A DNA stretch of 64,000 nt from assembly GCA_002796345.1 (NCBI GenBank), contig PCXC01000037.1, positions 58,276 through 122,275 of the forward strand. The letters run 5' to 3'. The DNA comes from Deltaproteobacteria bacterium CG11_big_fil_rev_8_21_14_0_20_42_23. GTDB taxonomy: Bacteria > UBA10199 > 2-02-FULL-44-16. Position numbers and translations under genes: made by a program. The notes below the pieces were generated by a model. That model had not been told where the DNA came from and searched no databases. It saw only the letters and a list, made by a program, of their open reading frames with translations. Positions within the stretch are counted from its first letter, which is position 1. Each line of letters starts with the position of its first letter. Below are positions 1-9,239 of this stretch, one piece after another.

Positions 1-236
1 GAGCCATAATCGTAAAGCGACACAATGTTGCGGTGGTGGAGTGAACACAGCAAAGTGGCTTCGTCTAAAAAGAGATTTGTAAAATGTTGATTGTCGGACC
101 AAGCTGGGAGAAGCCGCTTTAAGGCGACGTCTTGTACAAACTTATTTTCCGCATAGTAGCGCGCGTGATACACATGCGCCATTCCACCAACCCCAATTTT
201 ATTTCGAATTTCGTACTTGCCTGCATAAAGCTCCAT
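1..236 (-). CDS. Ser/Thr protein kinase (Hanks-type), N-terminal 79 residues in window; gene continues beyond position 1
   Basis: Reverse-complement translation from the ATG at 234-236 reads MELYAGKYEIRNKIGVGGMAHVYHARYYAENKFVQDVALKRLLPAWSDNQHFTNLFLDEATLLCSLHHRNIVSLYDYG. This gives a glycine loop (GVGGMAHVY), the VALK lysine (subdomain II) and an HRNIV motif. Not in the ORF track because it runs off the window edge. Confidence 0.7.
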   Translation of the reverse strand, partial: MELYAGKYEIRNKIGVGGMAHVYHARYYAENKFVQDVALKRLLPAWSDNQHFTNLFLDEATLLCSLHHRNIVSLYDYG

Positions 237-369
237 TCCCGCTTAGCAAGCAATAATAGTACCAAAAGATATTTAAGAACTTTTTTTCTTTTCTTTCAGA
301 ATTTCAGAAAACTTGTTTATTTTTTCGGATATAAGAACAAGCCTTGCTCTTTCGTGAAAGATTTTTTAT

Positions 370-885
370 ATGCGACACATGAAAAAAATACTTATCCTTC
401 TCTTTTGTTTCTTCAGTCTCCACACCTCTCTTCATGCTGAACCTGCGCAAAATGAGATGCTCAAAAAGAAATTGATAAAAGAAATGAAGCAACTTGATGC
501 GGCCATTGTTGATGTAAGGCCTGCTCGTGTTTATGAAGCAAGCCAGCCTAAGTTTGTTACCAGGTGGACACCGGCTCTCACCCTCAAACCTGGAACAAGT
601 TTGGAGCGACAAACTCAAATTGCAAAAAAGGCGGTTGCGTATGTGACTCGCTTTCAAGATGGTGTTCTTACCGATAAAGTGGAAGGTGGAATTATTGTTT
701 TTTTTGAGGGAAAAAACTGGGAGCCCGAAATTGGAAACATCGGTTATTTGGTTCCTGACTCAAAAGCAAACTCACTTCCGGTAAAAATATACCTTCGCAC
801 AAAAGATGAGCAAGGAAGAAGTAGCTGTTGCACCATGGGTGAACAAATTGGAGTGATCGAAAATAATCGATTTAAAGCGAAGTAA
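370..885 (+). CDS. hypothetical secreted protein (N-terminal signal peptide; start may be M4 at 379)
   Basis: ORF of 171 aa. N-terminus MKKILILLFCFFSLHTSLHA-EP is a typical signal peptide. No recognisable catalytic motif. Confidence 0.5.
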   Translation: MRHMKKILILLFCFFSLHTSLHAEPAQNEMLKKKLIKEMKQLDAAIVDVRPARVYEASQPKFVTRWTPALTLKPGTSLERQTQIAKKAVAYVTRFQDGVLTDKVEGGIIVFFEGKNWEPEIGNIGYLVPDSKANSLPVKIYLRTKDEQGRSSCCTMGEQIGVIENNRFKAK

Positions 886-907
886 AAAATTTCAAAGATG
901 TTTTACG

Positions 908-1020
908 TTTTGTCATCCCCGTCCCCGATAAAAACATTCGAGAATAAACTCCGGCGGGATCCAGCAATTTTAAATTTGATGAGAATTGTGGATCCCCTGG
1001 TCAAGCCAGAGGATGACAGT
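908..1020. repeat. intergenic nested palindromic repeat element, compact copy (R0) of the GTCATCC...GGATGAC family
   Basis: tttgtcatcccc...ccggcgggatccagcaatttt / aattgtggatcccctgg...agaggatgacag. The same terminal and inner inverted-repeat modules occur at 16524-16715 and 29068-29279. Confidence 0.6.
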
Positions 1021-1055
1021 GATCTACCATTTTTTATTAATTTCGTGCATCATTT

Positions 1056-1343
1056 TTATTTTGTTTCTTCTACGTCTGACATTGGCATCGACGGCATCTC
1101 TATGCGTGGACATGCTTTCCCGCCAATAGGAGAATTGCAACGCATAAGACATCTCGCAGCCATGCATGCGAGAGCAACCAGCGCTACAATCATAATTAAC
1201 CATCCCACTACTTTTCCCACAAACTTTCCTGGTTTAGAGTCTACATCGTGAGCTTTTGCACAAACGAGATAGCCCATCCCCAATGCAATCAAAATAAGTG
1301 CAAGTGCACTGTGAACTGCTTGTAAATCTATTGTCCCCATCAT
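1056..1343 (-). CDS. small membrane protein (2 predicted TM helices) with Cys/Met-rich C-terminal tail
   Basis: 95-aa ORF. Strong SD on the - strand (caAGGAGGAaacATGATG). Two hydrophobic helices. C-terminus CMAARCLMRCNSPIGGKACPRIEMPSMPMS. Confidence 0.5.
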   Translation of the reverse strand: MMGTIDLQAVHSALALILIALGMGYLVCAKAHDVDSKPGKFVGKVVGWLIMIVALVALACMAARCLMRCNSPIGGKACPRIEMPSMPMSDVEETK

Positions 1344-1423
1344 GTTTCCTCCTTGTTGAAAGCCGGAAGCTACGTAAAAGCAAACAGAAAAGCAAGCACG
1401 AAACCAATTGCTGACCTTCCTTT

Positions 1424-2233
1424 TTAACTTGAGTAAGGAGAAAAAAGTGGGATCAGTTTGTATAATGCAGATTTTTTTTGAATGGGATATTTTTCGCCTG
1501 TAATTTCTTTTACTGGAAGCAAGCCCTTGAGTGAACCGCTGATGAACACTTCAACATTATTTGGAATGGGCCATTTTATTTTTTCTTCAACAATGGGAAG
1601 TTCAATGTGTTTCAGTATTTGCTGCTCTGTAATTCCAACCAGACGCTTTCCATCTCTCGGGGGAAGAATTACTTTTTCGTTTTTGCATAACAAAATATTT
1701 GAAGTGCAACACTCTTGAACAAAGCCATCTTGCAAAAGAAGGCATTCGTCAAAATCATTCTGGAGCGCATTTGTATAAAGTGTGTTATAAGCATCGCGTC
1801 TGTTATGTTTTATCCACGCATCACCTTTTTTTAGAGGATGCTCCGCCACGCAAAGACTAATACCGCTGTGATACATACTTTCAGGAAGCGCTTCATATTT
1901 TTCTGCACTTATTCCAAGACCTACTCTTGTAGAGCGAATACGCACGCGCAAGATTTGGTTTTGAAGTTTATTTTTCTTTATGAGCTGAAGAATAATTTTT
2001 TGATAGTCAAGCGCAGACGTTGAAGGAATGGTTTTTGCCGACTCACCTGCAAAAAGTCTTGCAAGATGTTCCTGTAAAAATGCAAGGCCACTTTTGCTGT
2101 AACGGATCGTCTCAAAAACTCCTTCAGAAGTAAGAAGCGTTTGAAGCAACTTATCCTGCGAAGAATAAAACTTATCGTTAAAGAAGAAAAAAGAATCATG
2201 AGTTTGCTTCATTGATTTCTCCGGATAAGGCAC
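1424..2233 (-). CDS. pabC: aminodeoxychorismate lyase / class IV aminotransferase family
   Basis: 269 aa, fold-type IV aminotransferase-like sequence. Immediately downstream of and overlapping pabB in the same operon. Confidence 0.6.
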   Translation of the reverse strand: MPYPEKSMKQTHDSFFFFNDKFYSSQDKLLQTLLTSEGVFETIRYSKSGLAFLQEHLARLFAGESAKTIPSTSALDYQKIILQLIKKNKLQNQILRVRIRSTRVGLGISAEKYEALPESMYHSGISLCVAEHPLKKGDAWIKHNRRDAYNTLYTNALQNDFDECLLLQDGFVQECCTSNILLCKNEKVILPPRDGKRLVGITEQQILKHIELPIVEEKIKWPIPNNVEVFISGSLKGLLPVKEITGEKYPIQKKSALYKLIPLFSPYSS

Positions 2234-3560
2234 AAAATAAAGTTTCTCCCTTTACCATACTTTCGTCGTATTCTGATTTGGGATCAGAGTCGTAAACAAT
2301 ACCACTTCCCAAACCAAACGAAACTCCATCTTTGTCAACTTGAAGAGTTCGAATAGCAACATTTAAGTCGAAATTTCCGTTGAAGTCTAAGTAGCCAATG
2401 CTTCCACAATAAAATGATCTTTTATTTGGTTCAAGTTTATCAATCATTTCTATTGCGCGAAGTTTTGGGCAACCTGTTACTGAACCCGGCGGAAAGCAAG
2501 ACCTGATAAGGCTTACACTTGAGACGTGTTTTGGAATTATTGCCGAAACAACAGAGAGTGTTTGAAAAACATTTTGATATTTTTCAACAAGGCGATGTTG
2601 TTTTACTTCTACTGAATTTGGAAGTGCAAACTGGCTCACATCATTTCGCATGAGGTCTACTATCATAGAAAGTTCTGCATTTTCTTTTTTACTCTCGATG
2701 AGTTCATTCAGAAAATGCTGATCCTCAGCTTCATTTTTTCCTCTTGAACGCGTTCCTTTGACAGGTCTTGTTTCTAGAGCGTTACCACTTCGTTTCAAAA
2801 AACGTTCTGGCGATGAGCTTATCAGGCAAAGGTTTTCAGTTTCGAGATAAGCCATCATTGGCGCAGGATTCAGCTTGGCCAGTTGCAAAAAAAGCTGAAA
2901 AGGATGAAGGCAAAGTGAGGCACGGAATTGTTGAGCTAAGTTCAACTGATACACTTCACCGTTCGAAATAGCAGCTTTTATTTCTTCCACTTTTTGTTGA
3001 AATGCTTTGGCTTGAAGATTTGAATGCAAGCTTATTTCTTGGAATTTATTTTTTTCATCATGAGCAAACTCAAGAGACATAGGCTTTACATCACTTTGAA
3101 GATGAAGATGGCAAAGTGTTTTATCGTGTTCATCAAACAAAAAATAATCTTGATATAAAACCGCAATCAGGTCTGGAGTTGAAGAATGTTTTTCTTTTTG
3201 CGTTTGGTCTTCATCCACAAAATCTTTCAGCTCATATGAAAGTGCTAACAGCAAACCTCCATTGAAAAATGGATGCTGCTCTGAGCTTGCCTTCTTATAC
3301 GTTTGGGACACTTTTTCTAAAATAAAAAAAGGATTTCCTTCTTCGGTCCATTGTTTTTTTTCGGTAGTAAAATAACTTACACCTCCAAAACTTTCCACTT
3401 TCATAAGGGGATTGAAGGCAGCAAGACTATACCTATGGCCATTTTGCGGTGAACTTTTCAAAAGCGCTGAAGGAGTTTTTCCGTGAAAAGAAAAAGTAAG
3501 TGCTTCTTCATATGGAAGTGAATCATCGAAAATGATTTTTTTGAGGAGAGGAAAGCTCAT
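2196..3560 (-). CDS. pabB: aminodeoxychorismate synthase component I (chorismate-binding enzyme)
   Basis: 454 aa. Chorismate-binding core (LRAIEMIDKLEPNKRSFYCGSIGYLDFNGNFDLNVAIRTL). PVKGT motif with Lys as in PabB (TrpE has PLAGT). Flanked by pabA and pabC. Confidence 0.8.
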   Translation of the reverse strand: MSFPLLKKIIFDDSLPYEEALTFSFHGKTPSALLKSSPQNGHRYSLAAFNPLMKVESFGGVSYFTTEKKQWTEEGNPFFILEKVSQTYKKASSEQHPFFNGGLLLALSYELKDFVDEDQTQKEKHSSTPDLIAVLYQDYFLFDEHDKTLCHLHLQSDVKPMSLEFAHDEKNKFQEISLHSNLQAKAFQQKVEEIKAAISNGEVYQLNLAQQFRASLCLHPFQLFLQLAKLNPAPMMAYLETENLCLISSSPERFLKRSGNALETRPVKGTRSRGKNEAEDQHFLNELIESKKENAELSMIVDLMRNDVSQFALPNSVEVKQHRLVEKYQNVFQTLSVVSAIIPKHVSSVSLIRSCFPPGSVTGCPKLRAIEMIDKLEPNKRSFYCGSIGYLDFNGNFDLNVAIRTLQVDKDGVSFGLGSGIVYDSDPKSEYDESMVKGETLFCALSGEINEANS

Positions 3561-4111
3561 AAAGATAAAAACCTTTGAAAAATTTCATTTCCATATTCAC
3601 TCATAAATGATTCCGGATGAAACTGAACTCCAAAAACTGGCAAGCTTTTATGCTCAAATGCCATAATGGTTTCATCATCAAGCTTTGCACTCACGTGAAG
3701 ATCGTTGGAAAGCTTTCCCACTTGAAGCGAGTGGTACCTTGCCACTGAAAACGAAGAAGGAAGCCCTTCGAAAAGCTTTGCATTGGCTTCGCAGTAAACA
3801 AGCGAAGTTTTTCCATGGACGGGAATTTTGGATTTTACGGTTGTGCCACCCAACGCCTCGTTAAGAGCTTGCATGCCAAGACAAACGCCTAAGATGGGAA
3901 TTTTTCCTAAAAAGTTTTCTATAATTTTTTTATTCCACGGATGATCTGCTGGTTTTCCCGGACCCGGAGACAAAACAATGTGAGACACTTGTGAAAAATC
4001 CGCATCGGTAATGTTTTGCGGACGTCTCACCAAAAGCTTTTGCTGCAAGCCTTGCAGAGCATGCGCAATATTGAAGGTGAAGGAATCAAAGTTATCGAGT
4101 AAAAAAATCAT
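3557..4111 (-). CDS. pabA: glutamine amidotransferase component II (PabA/TrpG type)
   Basis: Class-I GATase motifs: MIFLLDNFDSFTFN, GVCLGMQAL, GVQFHPES. True start at M23 (4111), preceded by AAAGGA. The first 22 codons of the track ORF are non-conserved. Confidence 0.85.
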   Translation of the reverse strand: MIFLLDNFDSFTFNIAHALQGLQQKLLVRRPQNITDADFSQVSHIVLSPGPGKPADHPWNKKIIENFLGKIPILGVCLGMQALNEALGGTTVKSKIPVHGKTSLVYCEANAKLFEGLPSSFSVARYHSLQVGKLSNDLHVSAKLDDETIMAFEHKSLPVFGVQFHPESFMSEYGNEIFQRFLSL

Positions 4112-4387
4112 TTTTTCCTTTGAACAAAAAATGAAAAAGAAGCTGTTCATTTTTTCGAACAACAGCCGCATATGCAAGCGTAACGCTACCTAGCGAGATT
4201 TAAAATCACAAGTCAAGTCATCACTTGCTGCTTAAACAAACGACAAAATAAAGGTCAGATAACAATAAGAAAAGCTTATCGCAAGTTTTGATCTTGACTG
4301 CATCGAGGAAATATATACTAGATGTGCGTTTGCTGCCTTGCTGAACACGGCAGCATTTCACTGAACCTAAGAGAAAAGGAGATCACC

Positions 4388-6283
4388 ATGAATGCCGGAG
4401 GAAAAGTTGTACAATCAGGTTTGCCCCCCATATCAGCTGAACACTTTAATCGACTTCTTCACGCTCAAGTAGGTGAAGAAATGAGCTGGATGGACACCAG
4501 CACAAACCCCGGTACAGTTGACCCTGAAGAGCTCGTGGCAAAAGGCGAAGCAGGCGCAAAACTTCTGGCCCTTTATGTGATGAAAGATGCGAATGGAGCA
4601 CTAAGATTTTCGCCTCAGTTTTCAGATGTTTATCGAAAAGTGCTTACAACACGTTCACAAGAACTTGTTGCGGAAGAAAAAGCTAAATTTGAAATTATTC
4701 CTCTTGAGACAAAGCTAAAAGATCTTGGTCTCAACGAAACAGAAAGAGCAATTGTTCAGGATATTCGCGAAGCAGGCGCTTACCTTGAGCAAGCATATCG
4801 AGCACAGCTTGGTGCAGCTTCGTATGCTCCGAAACAAGAAGCTGGAAGTTTTTCCCTCGACGAGCTCAATCACGGACCATGGTGTAGTCAAAACACAGAT
4901 CCACTTTGCACTACAGACCCTTCTTTCCCTCCAAAAAGAACAAGCCTTTATTCAGATGCTGTACGCAACCCCGACGGAAGCCCTAACTGTGACCTCATCA
5001 CCAAAAAATTTTCTAATCCCTTCAGTGTCGTAAGAGATGGAAAAAATGGTCCAGAAGAAGTGCCTTATGCAGTAGCCTACGGCAACTTTGTTGCACCAGC
5101 AGCCGCAGCTTTAAAAAGGGCTGCTACAAAAGCAGGTGAAATTGGTGACACAGCGCTTCAAGCTTATCTTTCTCAAACGGCCGAAGGATTTTTAAGCGAA
5201 AAACCCTTTCCCTTTGCAGAAAGCGATAAGGCGTGGATTGCCATGAAGGGAAAATCAAAGTTTTTTGTCCGAGTTTCTGCCGATGAAACCTACTGGGATC
5301 CTTGCGCGCTTCATGCTGGGTACCATCTTGAGCTTGGCCTTATTGATGAAAAAGCCAACGATCGTTCTGCAAAATTTACAACCCACATCCAGAGCATGGA
5401 AGATGAAATGGCAAGACTCTCACAAGGAACCTACAAAAAGAGACCTGTAGCTGAAAACCTTGAGGTTCCTGAGTTTGTTCAAGTGATTGAATTTACCGGA
5501 AACGCACGAAGTGCAGGCTCTACCACTATTGGGCAAGCTCTTCCCAACTGGTGCGGCGAAGATGGAAAAGCTGACGACTGCGGACACAGATCTGCCGTTT
5601 ACACCAATCATCTCAACGCTGGATATAATCAAAAAGAAGCTCCTCGAATGGCGGTAATGCTTTCTGAAGCAGCGCTTCCCTTTTCAATAAACGAAGAGCA
5701 GGCTGAACGTGTTGTACTGCATGAAATTTTGCACAACACTGGACCAAATTATGGAAACGTCGTTGGCAAGGAAGGCAAAACAGCCACAGAAGTTTTTGGA
5801 AAACAAAAAGGTATGCTTGAAGAGCTAAAAGCTGAAACAGCTGCGGGTCATTTTATTTCCTGGCTAGCTCAGCACAAAGGCCTTTATTCCGATGAACAAA
5901 GAAATCAACTTTATACCCGCGGTGTCTTGTGGAATTTAAGCCATTTGAAAAAGGCATTAGAACATAAAACTGATCTCTCAAATGCTGGTGCCTATTCACG
6001 GCTTTCTGCCATTCAGTTTGGATGGATGGTTGAGCAAGGCGCTCTTCATTTTAACCCCACATCAAAAACATGGGATATCAACTACGAAAAAATGCCAAAA
6101 GCCTGGGAGAGCTTGATGTCTAAAGTAATGACCATCTATGCTTCTGGCGACAAAAAAGCACTAGACGCTCTTACCAGCCGATACTGGAAAGGTGAAGGCC
6201 TCAAACAACTTCAACTTGAGGCACTGGAAGAAAAAACCGGAAAATTTCCTGTTCGTTCTATCGTGTATAAAGTAAGTGAGTAA
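4388..6283 (+). CDS. uncharacterised cytoplasmic zinc-metallopeptidase-like protein (HExxH...EExxAE; possibly DPP-III/M49-like gluzincin)
   Basis: Start chosen at ATG 4388 with AAGGAG 7 nt upstream. HEILH at VVLHEILHNTGP, followed about 30 aa later by EELKAETAAGH. No signal peptide. Family assignment is tentative. Confidence 0.45.
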   Translation: MNAGGKVVQSGLPPISAEHFNRLLHAQVGEEMSWMDTSTNPGTVDPEELVAKGEAGAKLLALYVMKDANGALRFSPQFSDVYRKVLTTRSQELVAEEKAKFEIIPLETKLKDLGLNETERAIVQDIREAGAYLEQAYRAQLGAASYAPKQEAGSFSLDELNHGPWCSQNTDPLCTTDPSFPPKRTSLYSDAVRNPDGSPNCDLITKKFSNPFSVVRDGKNGPEEVPYAVAYGNFVAPAAAALKRAATKAGEIGDTALQAYLSQTAEGFLSEKPFPFAESDKAWIAMKGKSKFFVRVSADETYWDPCALHAGYHLELGLIDEKANDRSAKFTTHIQSMEDEMARLSQGTYKKRPVAENLEVPEFVQVIEFTGNARSAGSTTIGQALPNWCGEDGKADDCGHRSAVYTNHLNAGYNQKEAPRMAVMLSEAALPFSINEEQAERVVLHEILHNTGPNYGNVVGKEGKTATEVFGKQKGMLEELKAETAAGHFISWLAQHKGLYSDEQRNQLYTRGVLWNLSHLKKALEHKTDLSNAGAYSRLSAIQFGWMVEQGALHFNPTSKTWDINYEKMPKAWESLMSKVMTIYASGDKKALDALTSRYWKGEGLKQLQLEALEEKTGKFPVRSIVYKVSE

Positions 6284-6310
6284 AAAATAAAAATTCTTCA
6301 GATCTCAAGG

Positions 6311-6342
6311 AAAAGCGCTTCGTATTGAAGCGCTTTTTTTTG
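6311..6342 (+). terminator. rho-independent terminator after the peptidase-like gene
   Basis: aaaaGCGCTTCgtatTGAAGCGCttttttttg. 7-bp GC-rich stem, 4-nt loop, T-run of 9. Confidence 0.7.
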
Positions 6343-6611
6343 CTCATTTTTTCCTTGAACATACCCATCTAAGCTCCTGATTTTACTTATTTTGTCCAAA
6401 AAAACTCGTTGCATCCATGTCGCCTCAAGTCTAAAAATCTTTAGTATTTCTCCCCGTATAGGGAACTCTGGAGTTTGCTGCAAATGTTTGATTTTCCTTC
6501 CAACCCACCATGAAAAAGAGAAGAGCTCATTAATATTTGCATTCCATTTTCGTCCTGGATAAGGCATACGCACCTTCAGCTTCTAACCCTTTACACGTGC
6601 AGGAGAACATT

Positions 6612-6788
6612 ATGTTAGGATTTATTAAACCTGGTTTTGGAGAACTGGTCATTGTTTTGATTATTGTCTTGTTGCTTTTTGGCGCAAAACGACTTCCAGA
6701 AATTGCATCTTCAATTGGTGAAGCGATTAAAGGCTTCAAAAAAACCATGACTGACGATGACGACAAAAAAAAGAACGAGAAGAAATAA
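6612..6788 (+). CDS. tatA: twin-arginine translocase subunit TatA
   Basis: [44 protein letters not shown]. TatA/E TM segment followed by an amphipathic helix. AGGAGA 5 nt upstream of ATG 6612. Confidence 0.85.
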   Translation: MLGFIKPGFGELVIVLIIVLLLFGAKRLPEIASSIGEAIKGFKKTMTDDDDKKKNEKK

Positions 6789-6803
6789 GGTTGTAGGCAA
6801 ACT

Positions 6804-7004
6804 ATGTTTGGAATTGGATCAACAGAACTCATGCTTATTTTTGGCGTTGCACTTTTTGTGCTTGGTCCCGAACGTTCCATTCAGCTTGCCAAAAAAAGCG
6901 GCGAGCTCTTGCGCAAAATTAAAACAGACTGGGCGCATGCAAAAAATCATTTCGATCTTGAAGCCAATCCTCCTCCAAAAAAATCTCCGCCAAAAGATCA
7001 ATAA
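6804..7004 (+). CDS. tatB: twin-arginine translocase TatA/TatB-family second paralog (TatB-like)
   Basis: MFGIGSTELMLIFGVALFVLGPERSIQLAKKSGELLRKIK. TatA/B fold. Located between tatA and tatC. Confidence 0.7.
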   Translation: MFGIGSTELMLIFGVALFVLGPERSIQLAKKSGELLRKIKTDWAHAKNHFDLEANPPPKKSPPKDQ

Positions 7005-7010
7005 GCTTCT

Positions 7011-7742
7011 ATGAAAGAATCTTCTTCCCAACCCTTTCTTGCTCATCTTATCGAACTTCGTTCGCGCTTATTGTATATGTTTCTTGCGCTTATTGTAGGA
7101 ACAGGACTTTCATTTCTTTTTGCTGAAGAAATTTATCACTGGCTTGCAACGCCGCTCTATCAACATTTGCCAAAAGATTCACATCTCATCACCTTAAGTA
7201 TTATGGAAGGTTGGCTTGTTTATTTTAAAACTGCTTTCATTGCTGGAGTTTGTCTTTCTGCACCTTTTTGCCTTTATCACCTTTGGGCATTTTTAGCGCC
7301 TGGACTTCTCAAACAAGAACAAAGTTTACTTATTAAAGCAGCTCTCGGTTCAAGCTTCTGCTTTTTGATTGGAATTCTTTTTTGCTATTACGTCATTATG
7401 CCAACAGGGCTTTCGGTGTTGATTGCATTTGTAAATCCAAACGACATTACGTTCATGCCGCAAATGTCTTTGTATCTTTCTTTTGTAACTCGGCTTCTCT
7501 TTTCTTTTGGCTTCGTTTTTCAACTTCCGCTGCTCATTGTCCTTTTGGTAAAATGGAGAATAGTAGAATTGGCAACGTTTAAGCGCCTTCGCCGTCATAT
7601 GGTGGTAGCTGCCTTTGTAATTGGAGCTATCCTCACCCCGCCTGATGCTCTCACACAAACGATGATGGCCCTTCCTTTCATCGTTCTCTATGAAGTTGGA
7701 ATTCTTCTTGCCCGTGGAATCAAAGTGAAAAACGAAAACTAA
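7011..7742 (+). CDS. tatC: twin-arginine translocase subunit TatC
   Basis: 243 aa, six predicted TM segments. N-terminus FLAHLIELRSRLLY is typical of TatC. Confidence 0.85.
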   Translation: MKESSSQPFLAHLIELRSRLLYMFLALIVGTGLSFLFAEEIYHWLATPLYQHLPKDSHLITLSIMEGWLVYFKTAFIAGVCLSAPFCLYHLWAFLAPGLLKQEQSLLIKAALGSSFCFLIGILFCYYVIMPTGLSVLIAFVNPNDITFMPQMSLYLSFVTRLLFSFGFVFQLPLLIVLLVKWRIVELATFKRLRRHMVVAAFVIGAILTPPDALTQTMMALPFIVLYEVGILLARGIKVKNEN

Positions 7743-7789
7743 ATTTATTTTTCCTTGCAAGACATCATTTCCTTTGGCTTATTCGAAAG

Positions 7790-9052
7790 ATGAAAAAATT
7801 CTCTGACAAACTGTTAATCATTCTCATTGTTATCGCATCACTTGCAGGAGCTTTTTGTGGCTGGTTTTACGGACCCAAAATGCTTCCCATTTCCTTCCTC
7901 GGAACGTTTTTTTTAAATGCCCTTAAGATGATGGTGGTTCCCCTTGTTATGCTTTCGGTTATCAGTGGAGTAACGAGCCTTGGCGATGTGAGAAAAATTG
8001 GGAAGCTAGGTTTTAAAACCATTTCCTATTATTTCATCACCACTATTGTTGCGGTTATTCTTGGCCTTGTCTTGGTGAATATAATTGAACCCGGAATGGG
8101 AATTACCGTTGGAGAAGATATTGGCGCTGTTGTTCCAAAGCCTATTGGCATCACCGATATTTTTCTTTCGTTTGTGCATCCCAGTATTGTTGAGGCAATG
8201 TCGAGTTCAAAAATTCTGCCCATCATTATTTTTTCTCTGCTCTTTGGTGCAATGGCAACTACCTTGGGTGAAAAAGGAAAAGCATTAATCAGCATCATTG
8301 AATCTTTGAACCAAGTGATTATGAAAATGGTACATGTGATTTTATGGATTGCACCCATTGGAATTTTTGCGCTTGTAGCTGCTAAGCTTGGTGAATCTGG
8401 AGGTGGCGAAGCATTTTTTGCCGAACTTTCAAAAGTAGGTGCTTATTCTGCAACTGTTCTGATTGGCCTTTTCATTCATGCCGCTCTTGTGCTTCCGCTC
8501 ATGCTCTTCTTCACCACAAAACGAAATCCATTTCGCTATCTTGCAGGATCGGCAGAAGCACTGGTGACAGCATTTTCCACCGCATCAAGTTCAGCAACCC
8601 TTCCGGTGACAATTCAAAACGTAAAAGAAAACAACAAAGTTTCCGAAACAAGCGCCAACTTTGTTCTTCCTCTTGGCTCCACCATCAACATGGATGGAAC
8701 TGCATTGTATGAAGCTGTGGCTGCAATGTTTATTGCACAAAGTTATGACATTCATCTTGGAGTTGCTGCGCAAGCCATCATCTTTTTTACGGCGGTGCTT
8801 GCTTCTGTTGGCGCAGCGGGAATTCCTCAAGCTGGGCTTGTGACGATGGTTCTGGTTTTAACGGCGGTGGGCTTACCACTTGAAGGCATTGGAATTATTT
8901 TAAGTGTGGATTGGTTTCTTGATCGCTTCCGAACGGTGGTGAATGTATGGGGAGACTGCGTTGGCGCAGCTGTTATTGACACACTACATTTTGGGAAAGG
9001 TAAGCCTTTTTTGTCATTCCCTCATGGTTCTAGAGGGAATCTCCTCGGTTAG
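7790..9052 (+). CDS. dicarboxylate/amino acid:cation symporter (DAACS, GltP/DctA-like)
   Basis: 420 aa polytopic protein with DAACS signature regions (SSSATLP, NMDGTALYEAVAAMFIAQ). The last ~14 codons are encoded by the palindromic repeat R1. Confidence 0.8.
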   Translation: MKKFSDKLLIILIVIASLAGAFCGWFYGPKMLPISFLGTFFLNALKMMVVPLVMLSVISGVTSLGDVRKIGKLGFKTISYYFITTIVAVILGLVLVNIIEPGMGITVGEDIGAVVPKPIGITDIFLSFVHPSIVEAMSSSKILPIIIFSLLFGAMATTLGEKGKALISIIESLNQVIMKMVHVILWIAPIGIFALVAAKLGESGGGEAFFAELSKVGAYSATVLIGLFIHAALVLPLMLFFTTKRNPFRYLAGSAEALVTAFSTASSSATLPVTIQNVKENNKVSETSANFVLPLGSTINMDGTALYEAVAAMFIAQSYDIHLGVAAQAIIFFTAVLASVGAAGIPQAGLVTMVLVLTAVGLPLEGIGIILSVDWFLDRFRTVVNVWGDCVGAAVIDTLHFGKGKPFLSFPHGSRGNLLG

Positions 9053-9195
9053 TTTTGTCATTGCGAATTTGCCAAAGGCAAATGTGGCAATCTCCTCTGA
9101 CAATTGAATGAGGAGATCCTTCGTTACACTCAGGATGACAGCAAAGTGTCTGAATTGCTAGATTCCCGACAACAACATTCGGGAATGACAAAACA
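9010..9195. repeat. nested palindromic repeat element R1 (overlaps 3' end of transporter gene; downstream of adhesin gene stop)
   Basis: gtcattccctcatgg...gggaatctcctc / ctcctctgacaattgaatgaggagatccttcgttacactcaggatgacagcaaagtgt / cccgacaacaacattcgggaatgacaaaac. Shares the 40-nt arm with R3 and R4. Confidence 0.65.
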
Positions 9196-9239
9196 AAAAA
9201 CTTTTATTTCATGTAGTTATAATATTGCGAGAACACACC

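Noticed and set aside
304-657. 117-aa ORF on - strand
   Set aside because: Overlaps, antisense, the signal-peptide-bearing + strand ORF 370-885. No SD; low-complexity translation.
898-1251. 117-aa ORF on + strand
   Set aside because: Runs through repeat element R0 and is antisense to the well-supported small membrane gene (strong SD) at 1056-1343.
6298-6573. 91-aa ORF on - strand
   Set aside because: Lies across a clear + strand rho-independent terminator and the tatA promoter region. No conserved features.
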